A stretch of 64,000 nt of DNA from Minutocellus sp. GHC0000111 (GCA_977018835.1 OZ361256.1:4216001-4280000), one strand, 5' to 3'; counted from the first letter of the stretch, positions 1 to 13,580 are shown. Notes: generated by a model not told the origin, from the sequence alone. Numbers and translations are program-made.

Positions 1-1290
1 GTGATATAACATCCCGTCCCAGCCACCCCGTTACCAGTATCACAGGTGTTGGTGGTGCACGCGATGCCATCGTTACACCTAGAATCGACCGGAAAGAAGT
101 AGCATCCCGTCAAAGGATCCGCAGACCCGTTGTCAGGATCACAGATATCGGTGGTGCACGAATAGGTATCGTCGCACATTGAATTGTCCCATGTGTTAAG
201 GCATCCCGTGGAAACATCACCAAAAACAGGATTGCAGGTATCGGTGGTGCATGAATAGTTATCGTTGCACCTGGAATGGACCGCTTCGTTAACACATCCC
301 GTCATAGGATCCGCATTCCCGTTCTCAGGATCACAAGTGTCGGTGGTGCACGAAAGATTATCGTTGCAAAAGGAGTTGACATTCGTGATAAGGCATCCCG
401 TGCCAATTTCATTCGCGTTCACAGGATCACAAGTGTTGGTGGTGCACGCGAAGCCATCGTTACATCTGGAATCGACCGGCATGTTAAAGCACCCCGTCAC
501 AAGCTCCCCGTTTCTAGGATCACAAGTATCGGTGGTGCACGAGAGGTTATCGTTGCACCTGGAATTGACCGAGGTGAAACGGCATCCCGTCACATGAGCC
601 GCATTCCCGTCATTAGGACTACAGGTATCGGTGGTGCACGAAAGATTATCGTTGCACATTGAATTGTCACGTGTGTTAAGACATCCTGTCCCGATAGCCC
701 CATTAATAGGATCGCAGGTGTCGGTGGTGCACGAAAGGTTATCGTTGCACCTGGAATTGACCGAGGTGAAAAGGCATCCCGTCACAAGATCCGCATTCCC
801 GTTAGTAGGATCGCAAGTATCGGTGGTGCACGAGAGGTTATCGTTGCACACTGAATTGTCCGGCGTGAAGAGGCATCCCGTCACAGGATCCGCAAACCCG
901 TTAGTAGGACTACAGGTGTCGGTGGTGCACGAGAGATTATCGTTGCACCTGGAATTGACCGAGGTGAAAAGGCATCCCGTCACAGGATCCGCATTCCCGT
1001 TAGTAGGACTACAGGTGTCGGTGGTGCACGAAAGGTTATCGTTGCACATTGAATTGTCCCGTGTGTTAAGACATCCTGTCCCGATAGCCCCATAAATAGG
1101 ATTGCAGGTGTCGGTGGTGCACGAAAGGTTATCGTTGCACATTGAATCGACCGGGGTGAAAATGCAACCGCTGCTTGCATCGCAAGTATCGGTGGTGCAC
1201 GAGAAGGTATCAGTGCACCTGTTGTCGTTTGCAGTGTGTACACAGAACCCATTGACACAAGCATCATCAGTGCAGTCAATGTTGTCGTTG
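1..1290 (-). repeat. Coding tandem array of about 14 units, mostly 90-99 bp (C-N-D-N-x-S-C-T-T-D-T-C-x-P...G-C)
   Basis: ggtggtgca recurs about 13 times at roughly 90-100 bp spacing; units near 631 and 1021 are almost identical. Confidence 0.9.
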
Positions 1291-3002
1291 CAGTCTCCAT
1301 TAGCAACACATGAGAGTACAGGGCTTGGGCCGGGAGGGGTTGGGCCGGAAGGGCTGGGCTGTCCACCTGTGAGGTAGGTTGGTATGTGAGAGGTTCGACG
1401 AAAGAAAGCAAAATATGACAATTGAATTTGATGCCTTGAGTAAAAAAGAGCTGGGTTTGCTTACATAACACGTGATCGGTAGAAAGAAATACGTATCTAG
1501 TTGGAGGTAGGCGATCTTGATACTGAATGGAGATCAAACTATAGCTCACCTTTGGGGGCCTTGGTACTGCCGCCTGTTGTGCCCTTTGCAGCCTTGGCAG
1601 TGGTCGTCGTACCGCCACCTGTAGTTGTGCCCTTGGCAGCCTTGGCAGTGGTCGTCGTGCCAGTAATAGTACCGCCTGGCGTGTCAGGGTCAGGGTAAGG
1701 ATAAGGGTAGGTTGAATATGATAACAATAAAGTAATGTGAGAAAACGGCACAAAAGGAAACACCAATGCAAGTAAGAAAGTTTAGTATATATGTGCGAGC
1801 CAGGTGTATGCATATGTACCTTTGGCAGCCTTGGCTGTCGTGGTAGTGCCCTTTGCTGCCTTGGCGCTGGTCTGCTGCAGCTCAAAGACGCTCTTGGTGT
1901 TGTCGAAGCCCCTAACGTTGATGGTCTCCTCGAAGAATTCCGCGTCGGTACCGACGCCAGAGTACCGGGAGACTGGCGCCGACCCCAAGACGTCGCAGTT
2001 TTCGACGCATACCAGCATGTCCGCGCCGGCACCTTCGTACGCCAGCTCGGTCGTACCCTGCGGCTGCAGAGACGTCATCTCGGCCTCCTGGCCGGAGTCG
2101 GATAGCAGCTCCCTCCTCGCCGTGGTGGCGGTGGAGCCGTCGTCGTCGATGCGGAAGAAGAACGACATCTTGCACTCGTGGAACAGGCAGGTGAGGGAGT
2201 ACAGCCCCTCGACGCCCTGGTACCAATGCTCCCGTGCCTGGAACGATCCATGCTCGTGGAAGGTGGTGGTCGAATCCTTGAGGGTCCCACCACTGCCGCT
2301 AGCGCCGTCATTGCTGGAAGGTGGGTTGGGCTGGCGCTCGAGGTCGAGGGTGATGATGTTGAAGTAATCCTTGCCGCTGTGGAACATATCACAAACGGAG
2401 GCCGAGGAGGAATCGAGCTTGCGGCGCTGATCGTCGGTGGTATTGGTCGTGTTGGCATCGCCGCCGACAAGATGACGACGGCTGTCGTCGTCCACCCGCT
2501 TCAGCATGGTGTCCTGAGGACCGTCCTCCTCGAAGATCCACGATACGGTGGGAACGAACAGGTCGACGCGCGATCCGGAGGCGACGTCGAAGCGGGCCTG
2601 GGCCTGACCCTTGGCCCCGGCGTAGCAGCCGGTGCCGCTGGCGATGGTGAACAGTCCCCGGCCGTGCTGGAGCTCGTAGATCGGGGCCGGCTTGGACGAC
2701 GAGGATGGGTTGACGGAATCGGTGGTGACGCCACCACCGTCGGCTGTGCCGGCCCCGTCGCCGTCCTCGCTGCTCAGCTCTCCAGCTGGATTGGACATCG
2801 GCGCCTGGGTCGGTGCGAAAGTAGGCAAAGGTGTGATCGGTGCCGCCGTCGGTTCGGTGGTGGGATTCGGCGTCGGATGGAGATGCATCGTCTTTCTTCG
2901 AGGATTGTTGCGGTTGTTGCGGGAGCGACGAGCCTCGACGAGGAGGAAGTCGGTGGAGGAGCAGCCCATGCCGCTCAGTAGGAGAGCCAGGTACAGACGC
3001 AT
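1..3002 (-). CDS. Secreted Cys-rich repeat protein with RXL sites and Thr/KXXK segment; exons 3002-1820, 1675-1550, 1366-<1 (runs off window)
   Basis: Signal peptide MRLYLALLLSG; phase-1 GT-AG introns join the exons in frame (AAA G|gtacat...cag|GC, AAA G|gtgag...cag|GT). Last exon is open to position 1 and reads CNDNLSCTTDTCDP..GC repeats resembling the Dictyostelium-type Cys repeat. Confidence 0.85.
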
Positions 3003-3625
3003 CTTGTACAGAACACAAATTGGATTGGTTGGGAAGTTGGCCTAAAGAGCAAAATATTGGCGATGGAACAGAACGATCCGCAAATCTAGTCGTCCGGTCT
3101 AACTTCCTTGGCAGAATTTGAACGGGATCCGAGTCAAGTCAAGGCACGAAGTCGTTGCTGGTGACAACTCGATCGATTGGTTGAGTGGATGGATTCGATG
3201 CCGCCCAACGAACAAACGTTTGTCGGGTAGGATATCGCCTCCTCCTGTACTTGCGTTTTATGTGCCGGTTTTTGGGGCATTGTGAAGTTGCTGGCACAGC
3301 CCCCAGATCCAACGATATTTCAATCGGCGATCGAGGCATGCCCCGAAAGGCAACGACCATTCATCGCTGGGCCCATCGCTTGTTGCAATTGGCCTTCTAA
3401 CGAGCGTGGATGGCCCGCAGTATGGGGGCCGACTGGGCTTTTTGGCTTACGAGCCTGTCGGTCTGCTGCGAGAATCGCAAAGAAATCGCAAAAGGCCTCG
3501 TCAAAAGCCAACAGCCAAAATGTATGATCTCTGCATATTGCTTCTAAAATACATGCAGAGTTGCATTTTCGCATAAAATGTACATCGTATTGGAACATTA
3601 ACGTTGAGCAATACCGAGCAATACA

Positions 3626-5566
3626 ATGCCTACTCTGGTGTATAAGACCGTTGGTCATTCTACTGCCACTACGCCGGCCTCAGAACAGCGCCCGCGCCAC
3701 CAGCATCAGCAGGAGCGGCAGTGGCCGCCGAATGAGAGGCAGGCACAGCCGCAGCAACGACACAAGTCGAGCTGGCCTAATGCGTCTCGTGTGGTAGTTC
3801 CGTTTCATCATCATCAATCCGCACTTGCTGCTGCTACTAATTCTGCACTCCACAAACATTCTGCTGCCACCGCTGCACATTCTTCCGTAGCCGTTGGCGC
3901 GCAGCCAGCTGCAGCAGCTAGGCCTGTGCACACGCAGCAGCAGGCGGTCCCGTATCATTATCACCACCGTCAAGATCGTCATTTTGGAGACAACTCTCTC
4001 TCATTTGAATATTCGTCGTCATTGCAGCACCACCACCACCACCAGCAGCAGCAGCACCACCAGCCTTGGCACTCTGCTGACCAAAGCCATGGGGCAGGGA
4101 TGTCCCATCATCACCATTACCAGAAGCCGCCGCCGCAACATCCGCATCCAAATGTCACTCCTCCTCCGATCCATCATGCGCCTGGGACTGACGATTCCTT
4201 TTCCAACATCTCCGATTTCGTCATACAGGAGCAGATCGATCGCGCAGCACAGATGCTCGAGGAGGCGCAATCGACCAGTCACGAAGATTCTCGAGGTGAA
4301 ATTTCGCCAAAAATGCCACCCACCTCTCTCGTGGCAACCACTGTTGTTACACCACCTGGCCCGTACGCTCCTGCAGCTCATCCTTCTCCTCAGTCATTGG
4401 TACATCCGTCGGTGAGCGGATATTCGTACGGCATGGACCATCCTACTATTGCACATCCTCCTGCTCTCCGCCAACAGCAGCAGCAAGAGCGCCCATCTCA
4501 TGCAAGCGCCCACCAACCAGTCCACGTACACGTACACGTGCATCCCAAAACATCGAAAAAGAAAGCACGTTCCACGGAGAAGAGTGCCAGCCCGACGACG
4601 ACGAAGACTACATGTGTCGACGAGCATGTCGATGGTGATACACTACAATATGACCTACAATATGACATCCCTCCCAGTCTAGTAGGACAAGGAGATCAAT
4701 ATCAATCCTTCATCTCCAACCATGTTGCTCAGACGGTCAAGAAAATTGTGCTCTCACGCCCCGACTACTCTAAAGAGAAGGCGAAAGCAGTATCCATGAG
4801 GACGAAAGTGCTCCCCAAGAAGAAACTACCAAAAACGAAGAAGAGTGCCCGCCCATCGACGATGTCGACTATTCCAATATCCCCGATGTCGTCACACAGG
4901 AAAAAGAAGAAGGGCAACAGTCCATCGCAGGCGACAAAAATAACGACTATCCACGCAGATGTACACGCCATAGGTGTCGTTCTGAAACGCGCCATTCCTC
5001 TCGGCCATGTCGCCAACACAACGAAAAATAATTCACCGTTCAAACTCACCCCCTCCACGAATGGCGCCAGCCCATCGACGGCCACAACAGCAACAATCAA
5101 CGCAGATGTAAACACCGATGGACCATCCCTCAAACAAGCCATCCCTCTCGGCCTCGGACAAATTGATCACAACCATCTTGGCGAATACATGTGCTTCATC
5201 CGCAACGTTTGCGTTGAGGTCTTCACCGTTAATGACGACAGCGTAGACTGCTATGACAACAAAAAAAGAAACCAAGTTGGCATAAGATGTCGCTTTTGTG
5301 CTTGCCGTGGGCGGGGCATGCAGGTCTTCCCCCGATTCTTATCTTTCATCCCCAATAGTGTTTTAAAACTGATGCATTACCACTTTCCCAGCTGCCCCAA
5401 AATGCCACATGACGTAAGGGAGCGTTACAACAGCCTCGAAGCGCGTTACGGAAGTGCTCCGCATACTAGCATGGGGCGCTTTCCTAAGTATTGGGCTGAC
5501 AGCGCCCGTGTCCGGGGCCTGGTCGACACCGAGGCTGGGATACGAATGGTGTGGGACGTCACCTGA
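3626..5566 (+). CDS. His/Gln/Pro-rich protein with C-terminal diatom-type Cys/His domain (possible zinc-binding regulator)
   Basis: 646-aa ORF; C-terminal CFIR..VEVF..QVGIRCRFC..FP..HYHFPSC..YWADSARVRGLVDT matches a motif I recall as expanded in diatoms. Confidence 0.7.
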   Translation: MPTLVYKTVGHSTATTPASEQRPRHQHQQERQWPPNERQAQPQQRHKSSWPNASRVVVPFHHHQSALAAATNSALHKHSAATAAHSSVAVGAQPAAAARPVHTQQQAVPYHYHHRQDRHFGDNSLSFEYSSSLQHHHHHQQQQHHQPWHSADQSHGAGMSHHHHYQKPPPQHPHPNVTPPPIHHAPGTDDSFSNISDFVIQEQIDRAAQMLEEAQSTSHEDSRGEISPKMPPTSLVATTVVTPPGPYAPAAHPSPQSLVHPSVSGYSYGMDHPTIAHPPALRQQQQQERPSHASAHQPVHVHVHVHPKTSKKKARSTEKSASPTTTKTTCVDEHVDGDTLQYDLQYDIPPSLVGQGDQYQSFISNHVAQTVKKIVLSRPDYSKEKAKAVSMRTKVLPKKKLPKTKKSARPSTMSTIPISPMSSHRKKKKGNSPSQATKITTIHADVHAIGVVLKRAIPLGHVANTTKNNSPFKLTPSTNGASPSTATTATINADVNTDGPSLKQAIPLGLGQIDHNHLGEYMCFIRNVCVEVFTVNDDSVDCYDNKKRNQVGIRCRFCACRGRGMQVFPRFLSFIPNSVLKLMHYHFPSCPKMPHDVRERYNSLEARYGSAPHTSMGRFPKYWADSARVRGLVDTEAGIRMVWDVT

Positions 5567-6376
5567 GTCTCAACCTTAACTCATATGTACTGGTAGGCAT
5601 GCAATTCCAAATTGTGACTTAGTAGATCTAGAAGAACATTGTTATTATTTAGCAAAACCACCGGCAAGTAAAAATATTGATTCCTTCATAAAGAAAGGCA
5701 CATGTAGAGCTCGCCTGCCACAGCTACTACATGTAGCCATAGAGTCCCACTGTGTGCATGGCATTGATATTTAATTCAATTCGATTCTATGCCATTGCTG
5801 AGCACGTTCTTGTTTGCTGAGTTACAAACCCGTTCGGCCGGCCGGCCGCGAGGCTCTGGGTGAACTTTCCGGGTCCCCTTTTTATGTATTCATTTTCCAT
5901 GACATCACCGTGAAATGGCGGGAACAATCGAAGCGTGTTGGACCTGACATCGCATCGCCGCCAAAAAGATTTGTGGTGCTGGACGACGGTGACGCGCCTC
6001 TTCCCTGCATGGTACGGAAGACAGCCAAGTTACTTCAGCTTGTGATGGGACGAGAGCTGAGCAAGCGGCAGCACATCGGGGCCACATTCCAATATATTTG
6101 AGGTACTCCGTATCTTTCCTCATCGGCACATCTTGTGCTCGTTTACTGCCTGTGGTTGTGTGATCGCTACTTTCATTTTTAGGGCCTCTTCTGTGCGTTG
6201 TGGCAGGAACGACGGCAATAAGACTGGCGGATTAGATTGAATTCCTGGCAATCGGCGGTATCGTGTTGTCACCAAGCTTGGCCATCACTCTATTCGCTCA
6301 GCTGGCATCTTCTTTTGGCACTTTCGTCGAAGCAAACTCAGGCATTTCGTGTACACGGCACTTAGTCTAAGAAAAG

Positions 6377-9300
6377 ATGATTGTATCGAACACGACGCTT
6401 GACATCTTGGATCGAGCCCTGCGCGGTGATCAGGATGCTCTGACGTACTTGACCAATACGGCCTCCATATTCATTCTGGACACGGCGACGGACCCATCGA
6501 ATCCCCGCGTGTACGGATGTTGGAACTTTTTCAACCAAACGCTGACGGAAGTGGAGCGATACGAGGCGCAGTACGGGCACTACGCGCATCATCCCGGAGA
6601 GGGCCTGACGCCACCCCACTTGCAGGGGCAGCACCGTCCCGGCCCGGCCAGCCTGGCCTCGCACGTGCAGCTCCTGACGACGCTCAGTCGAAGGGCCGCC
6701 AGGCGTCCCCCAGCGGCCGATCGGGCACTGGTCACGACGTGCCTGACCAACGCGGCCCGATCGGGTGCCTACTTCGGCAGCCCAGAGAACAACTCCCGTC
6801 TCCTCGCCTCGGCCATGGAAACGCGCGACAGCCTGCTGGGACGCATCGCCGCTCTGGCCTTTGACTTTGCCCTCCACTCTCCCCATAGTCCGAGTTCCAC
6901 CTCGGCCTTTGCCGATCCAGTCTCCATGGAGGGGCTGTGCACCATCGTCGCGGCCAATGCCGTCAGTTCCGGTCCAGAGGGGCTCCGTCACCTCGTGGCC
7001 GATTGGATCGTCCCGGCCAGTGCCGCCGATCAGCTGCCGCGCTTCTCGTGCGCCGCCGTGTGCGCCCATCTGGCCGACGAGGCCATGTCCAACCGCGGTG
7101 CACTGGCGGGTACGTCCGACGCTCTGCAAAGGTTGTTCGATGCGGTGATTGGCGCGGTGGTGGGACCCCTCCTCGCCGAGGCCGTGAGGGATAGCGACGG
7201 CGGCGACGGTCAGGGCGGTCCGACGAGGAATCAACGAGTGGCGGCCATGGCGCTGAGGGCCCTGGAGCGATGGTGTGCTGCCACGAGGTCGGATATTGGG
7301 CAGGTCAAAAAGGTATGCTCCGAGGGACAATCCAAGGTGAGTGGATAATTTATGGAATGGCGTATCATGGGAATGTGCCGATGCCAGGCTATATCCAGCT
7401 AGCCTTGGTATGACTTTTGAGTTCGGAATGTGGTTCGTTATCCCATGTTATCTCATTGACAAATCAATGCATTTTGTATCACTCAACAATTTTTTGTGCC
7501 GCATAATATCCAATCGATATCAATAATATCCAATCGATATCAAGGTTGACATCATCGAGGTAATCAGCGATGCGCTCTACTCGGATTCCGAGGTTGTAAT
7601 CGATGCCGCAGCTGAGCTACTCGATACATTTTTAAAAAAGAACGCCGAGGACACAGCGACGATGGAATCTCTATCGCTCGTTAGTACGTTCATGCAGAAT
7701 GCATCAGCATCCGCCACAAATCTATTGCAGACCGAAGAGGCCATGAAGCTCAAGGAGGCTGAGAGGGATGCCATCCTGGTTGAGCTGGTTTCGGCAGTCG
7801 GCTTGCAGAGATTTCGATTCGACACAGGTATGTTATACAATCAGCTTTACGTGTGGTGGGAAGTTTACTATTCATAAAATCCGGTAATTTCTCAATCCAC
7901 ATTTTTCACTCTTTGCTCTCCACCAACCAACAGCGAGCCCAGCAGCGTGCCGATGTCTTGCAAGGATTGCATCCGCCATTGCTCTGGCCGCTCTAGGTCC
8001 TATCAAATCCGGGAAGATGGGCAGATCTTCGAATGGTTTGCTGGAATTACTGCTCAAGGGAGCAGCCCATCCTTCTATTCACGTCTGTGGTATTTGTCTG
8101 GAAGCCATCCCAGCACTCATTGCACCAGGATCCAATTATTCAGATCGCTTGTTGCCAATACTACAGCAGAGAGCCATCGTCCCCGCCACCCTCCGCGGCA
8201 ACCACGCCAACGCTAGTGAGGACGAGGGCGATATTGACTTTCACGAGTACACCAGTTTCCGAGAAAATTTATTGAGCGCAGCTCTGTCTGCGTGCTACAA
8301 GAACAATCGGGGGTTCTATTTGGAATCATGTGCATCTGCTATTGATGAGTTTTGTGCTGCCCCGCTGACTCCCCAACTGCCTTTCCAGCTCGAGGCTGCC
8401 TTGTTTTGTCTCAGCGCTGTTTCTATGGATGCCTCCAAGAGGGCTCTCTTGCTGGGTGCTAGTCCTGCTGCTCAAATAGCGGCTGCAAAGGCCTCTGCTG
8501 CACTGGGACAAGCACAGACCACGGATGTGGCTGCTGATGCAAAGAAACACAATGAAGAGCTTGCGAAATGCACATTCTCGATTGCAAACAATCCGGCGGC
8601 TGCAACATCAAATCCGCTAGCCCTTGCTCAAATGTGCAGATTTATCGCGAAGGTGAGAAGGTTTTGAGAATACTTCTTCACACTTCTTGTTATCTACACT
8701 TGTACCTCACCCTCTTGTTTCTCTCTTCTTTTGTTACATGTATTTTAGTACGCTCGATGGTACTCCAAGACACCTTCAGCCGGTGCTCTGGATAAGGCCG
8801 CAGAACTGGCTCTGACAGCGTTCAATACCACGGCGTCTCCCGAGTATACTAGAAACGAGGCAAATGAAGAACTTGTTGACGAAATGGTGATATCTCCTGT
8901 AGCCGAGGCCGCGACAGCACTTCGCAATGTTTTAACTCGCTCTCCTGGGCGTTTTGCCACACCGGAAGCTTTGGCGGCTCTTGAAAGCGGGTGGAAGGCC
9001 TCATACGCATCGGCCAACTCATCGGCCAATTGTAATGAAGAGAATATCAAAGTGGAAGATCGAGAAGCCTTGTGCAGTGGTCTGTGCCGAGTACTTGCTG
9101 CCTTGCCTTCTGATCAATGGACAGCATCACTATCTGCTCTCGCTACTCCTACCGTAGAGTGCCTCGAGACTTCATCGAAGAAAGTGAGGAATTGGCAGGA
9201 AAGGACGCCGAGCAATTCCTGGTACTAGAGAGAATAGCAGATGAGATAAAGCTCCTGAGCGTCATTGTGCGCACTTTTCGGAATGCTTCAGCAAAAAGGA

Positions 9301-10439
9301 AAAGCGCCGACAAAGATCCAAATCCAGCTCTTGTTAATATGCTTCATCGAGCATGGCCATGCCTTTCGCGTGTCTCTGAAAAGCTCGGATCATGTGCAGT
9401 TATATCTAGATCTTTGAGTGATCTCTTGACTTGTTGTGTCGCGGTGCAACAAAGCGATGCCGAGCATGAGTTTTTTCTTCAGGTGTGCAACTTAGCTTCA
9501 AATGTAATGGCAGCCGTTAAAGCATCCAACGGGCAGAGTGAAAAGCATTCGACTCAGGCTCCAATGCTTCATTTTGTCCAGGAAGCCATCGACATGTATG
9601 GCCACATTGCCGAGAGCGTCGTCCGAGGAACAGGCAAATCGACAAATGCAGATCAGAATCTGCACAAGATATTGGACAGACTACTCGTCCTTTCATTCGA
9701 GGCCGTTGAAGAGGCCGCAGGTGCAATCTGGACATCTGGTGGGGAACATCAGCAACAGGGCGAAAAGGCTGGAGAGGCGAGTCCCCCTCCACCACCGGCT
9801 GCGCGACCCATGATTAATTCGCCCGATGAGCTTGCAGCAATGTTCAGTCTTCTTACTGTCGCCTTGCGAAGAAGCCCGGTGCTCCTCCTAAGTCTATCAT
9901 CCGGGAAGGATTCCTTCTCACGCGCCATCCAAGCGAGTACTGTAGCGATGAATGAAAAAGAGGTGGATGTTTCACGAAGTGCTCTGTTGTTCCTCAAGAT
10001 GATGGTCGACCTAAAGGCAGCATCTGGCAAGGATGCGGGCGCAGCCTACCAGCTAATTGGTTCTGATATTGATGAATCGATTGCTCATATTCGTGGCACT
10101 GTCGTGAATTCTACCATTGCTGGTGCATGTGGCATCTATCCACGCGAAGTCCTTGACCCCGCTGCCTCTCTACTGGCTGCCCTACTCAAAGCATCGACGC
10201 CGGAGGAAGCAGAAGCATCGGCCACAGCATCTCTTCAACAGGGCATGTTCAAACTTGGCGATGATGCCAAGCGCGCCGTCCTTGTCGTTCTCGGCAAGAT
10301 TGCTCAAGGCAGAGGCGACTCTTCACTGCTTATGGAAGTATTTGATACTTTGTGGGATCTCCACCAAGGAGAGGACGCTCACACTTTCGCTGGTGGTGAC
10401 GCCGTGGCAAGATTTGTTGCGAAATACGGACAACAATAG
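6377..10439 (+). CDS. Importin-beta family (transportin-3/importin-13-like) HEAT-repeat protein; exons 6377-7336, 7545-7827, 7934-8652, 8749-10439 with a frameshift near 9182
   Basis: Canonical splice sites give a continuous helical protein with LEAALFCLSAV, IAKYARWY and EAATALRNV motifs. One extra A at the aaa run restores frame. Confidence 0.6.
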
Positions 10440-10565
10440 CAGCAGATGCCCGTGTTATATTATCAATTTTGTTCTACCATAAAGCTACGCTAACATAAAT
10501 GCAATTGTATATAACTCATGTTCAAATAAAAATGACTTCGGCTAGCAGATCTTTGCATTTGCCGA

Positions 10566-11544
10566 TCAACCACCGTGCCTAGAAGGCAGCTCGATCTTTC
10601 GCAGCAAAGGCTCCTTGAGTCCACTTTCGCCTTCATTCTCCGTTGGGATATCTGCCGGCACAGCAACGTGAACATCCAGCACTTTCTTCTCATTTGCTTT
10701 CCCCTCAATAGATCGGGTCATCTCCACCTTCTCTTTCTCCTGTTTCTCCCATTCCTCGTCCTCTCGAGCGGCCTTGATCGCCTCGGCCAGATCCCAACCC
10801 GCTAACTCTAAGTACGCCTTGCACTCGGCATGTCGTAGCGATGGGATTTCACCCTGCAAAGCATGTAGCTTGAACTCGGGACAATTGCGATTCTGTTCTC
10901 GTACTTTGCCACCGTTCAGCCCTTGCCCATCCGGTCCGAGGGGAATGATGAGTGTGTGCGGTGCCAGACGGAGGTTGCTACCACTGAAACGATTGACCCT
11001 GCGCAGTTCGTGCGGCTTGATCCGATAGCGAAGACATAGGCCGGAGAACGTATCTGAAGGAGTGATCGTGTGTACAAGATAATGCAGACCCTCCACCGCT
11101 GTGGGATGTTCCTCTTGCTCGTCCTTTTCTGCATTTTCATCTGGTGCATCATTTCCAACGGCCGGCTTATTCTTCTCGAGAGGGATGGGCACCAGCGTAG
11201 GAGCTGGCCGGTTGCCCCTCACATGCCACACCTCGCCAACCGCGAGCTTGTACTTTCTCTTGGATTTGTCCCCGCTATCATCCCTCACCAGGCTCCAGTG
11301 TCCATCCTTGTCTTTCAGCCAACGCGCGCCCTTCGGGGTTGCCAAAGGCTGTTGAATATCAGCGTAGTCGCATGCTGTTTTGCGGAGGAGTTTGACGAAG
11401 CGAGGGGAGACGATGAGATGTTCGCTGTAAAAGCACCGCATAAACCGAGCACGCCAAGTGACGCACGAAACCAGAATGCTCACCTGGCCCTCGATGCTCG
11501 TCGATCGTTTGCACCTTCCATGGCAATTGGCCTCCCTCCGACAT
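10566..11544 (-). CDS. LysM-domain protein with C-terminal UBA-like segment; exons 11544-11484, 11374-10566
   Basis: HTITPSDTFSGLCLRYRIKPHELRRVN..TLIIP (LysM); ECKAYLELAGWDLAEAI (UBA-like); phase-1 intron restores frame. Confidence 0.8.
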
Positions 11545-12001
11545 GGTTCGACGCAGCTCCTTCGCACTGACTTGATTGATGGTTCCTTCCCCGGTGTCGA
11601 GTCGTCGAGATGCGGGAGTGCGTAGTGAGAGTCAGTTGGTCAGCGGCCGGCGTTCTTGGGACTCAGAGGAGCTTCAACAGAGCGACCAAGAGGGAAATGC
11701 CAATGTGAGGATGAGAAGCACGAATGGATCGGTAGCAACGGGCGGTGTGGTCTATGGGGTGGTAGGAATTACCAATTGGTAAAGGAGAGGATGATTGCTG
11801 CCGGTCGGTCCGGTCCGGTCCGGTCAGGGGCGCTTCTGACGGTCTGATGTGTGACGCTGCGAATTCTTCTTTGGCAAATGGGGTCGGTCCCTTTTTCTCA
11901 TTGCCCCTGTAAAAACACACACGACCAGCCATCATCACAAAGCTCTGAAGAGCGAGCAGCATGCAATGCAAAACTCTAACTCTAAAATCTACATCTTGAC
12001 C

Positions 12002-13580
12002 CTAAAGATTAGAGCGGCTCTGCCACTCATACTCTGCGTGGTACTTGAAGCCTTCCTTCTTAAGAAGCTCGTCGGCCTCGGCAGGTCCTCTGGAACCATA
12101 GGCATACTTGATGGGCTGCACCTTTTCTCTCTCAATCCGATGAAGGACGGGGGTGAAGATCTTCCATGCCGAACGGAGCTCATCATCTCTCACAAACGCA
12201 GCCTGAGATCCACGCAGCACGTCCAGAATGAGACGGGTGTAGGCATCGACGTTGAAGGCGTCGGGGAAGCTCGATTTGTAAGTCAAATCCAATTCCGAGG
12301 TGACCGGCGTCGTCCTCAGTCCAGGCTCCTTGACATTCATCTTCATGTACACCGCCTCATCGGGCTGGAGACGCATCACAAGCTCATTATGAGGGATCTT
12401 TTCACCAGGGAACATTGCCGCGGCGCCCGGGGGCTGCTTGAACTGGATACGAACCTCGGCCTTGCGTTCGTTTAGAGCCTTTCCTGCCTTGAGGATGAAC
12501 GGCACGCCCTCCCATCTCGGATTGTTGATCCGCAGGACCATGGCAGCATACGTCGGAGTTACCGAATCATCCGGCACTGTCGGATCGTCCACATACGCCG
12601 GCTCGCTGCCATCCTCGGGCGCCAGGTACTGCCCCAGCACACAGTCCTCCAACTCGACGGGCGGGATGGAATCCAAAACCTTGACCTTCTCGTTGCGAAC
12701 GTAGTTGGAATAATTTTCGCCGCTGCAAGCGACGGGGGGTTCCATGGCCACCAACGTCAGCACTTGGAGCAGATGGTTCTGGATGATATCGCGAATGATG
12801 CCGTAGCCATCAAAGTAGCCGCCGCGGCCCTTGGTGCCAAAGTTTTCCTTGAAGGTGATTTGTACGTTCGAGATGTGATTCCGATTCCACAGCGGTTCGA
12901 AGATGGCGTTGGAATATCGCATCATCATGAGATTCTTGACCATTTCCTTCCCGAGGTAGTGGTCGATGCGATACAGGTGCTTCTCGGTGTAGAGCGCCCA
13001 TGTCGCTGCTCAACTTCTCAAAGCTGGCTGTGTCTTTTCCAAAGGGCTTTTCAATAATGAGTCGATTCCACCCAATTTTTCCGGTACCATCTCCGTCACA
13101 GGCATTGACCTCCGACGGACCAATAATGGCATTCTTGAGCGATGTGCCAATTGGCACGAACACGCTGGGTGGGATGGCAAAATAAAACAGCCGGTTGATG
13201 ACTGCCGCGCCTGACTTGGCCTCCTCAGACCTCAAATCCTCAAAGGCGGCACTCACGTCGGCCTCGCTGTCGTACCCCCCGGCACGGTAGATGCAACGGT
13301 CCAAAAAGTCCGACTTGTCCTCGTCGTCGCCGCCCTTCAGGAAGGGACGGAGGTGGTCGCGGAATTCGGCGTCGGTCTTGTGAGAACGGGCATAGCCGCA
13401 GATGATGACCGATTCGGGCAAAAAGGAATGTCGATGGAGATCGTACAGGGAGGGATAGGTCTTCTTTTTGGCCAGATCGCCGGATGCACCGACGACAAAG
13501 ATGGTGAGATGATTGTCGAGGTAGCCGCAGGTGTCGTCGGCTTGAATTGTGGTCGAGCCTCTTCGGTGGCTGGTGGACAT
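12002..13580 (-). CDS. G6PD: Glucose-6-phosphate 1-dehydrogenase, no targeting peptide (frameshift near 12990)
   Basis: [24 protein letters not shown] (after frameshift), QNHLLQ, RWEGVPF. A missing ct in gctct(ct)ac restores [18 protein letters not shown]. Confidence 0.95.

Noticed and set aside
1..1290. Regularly spaced repeats as a CRISPR-like array
   Set aside because: Units are in-frame coding repeats on the minus strand with homologous 'spacers'; eukaryotic context, no cas genes.
265..1377. Plus-strand repetitive ORFs (SQVSVVHERLSLH)
   Set aside because: Antisense shadow of the Cys-repeat exon.
7503..7541. 20-bp tandem duplication at an intron 3' end
   Set aside because: Real in the sequence, but intronic with no evident consequence.
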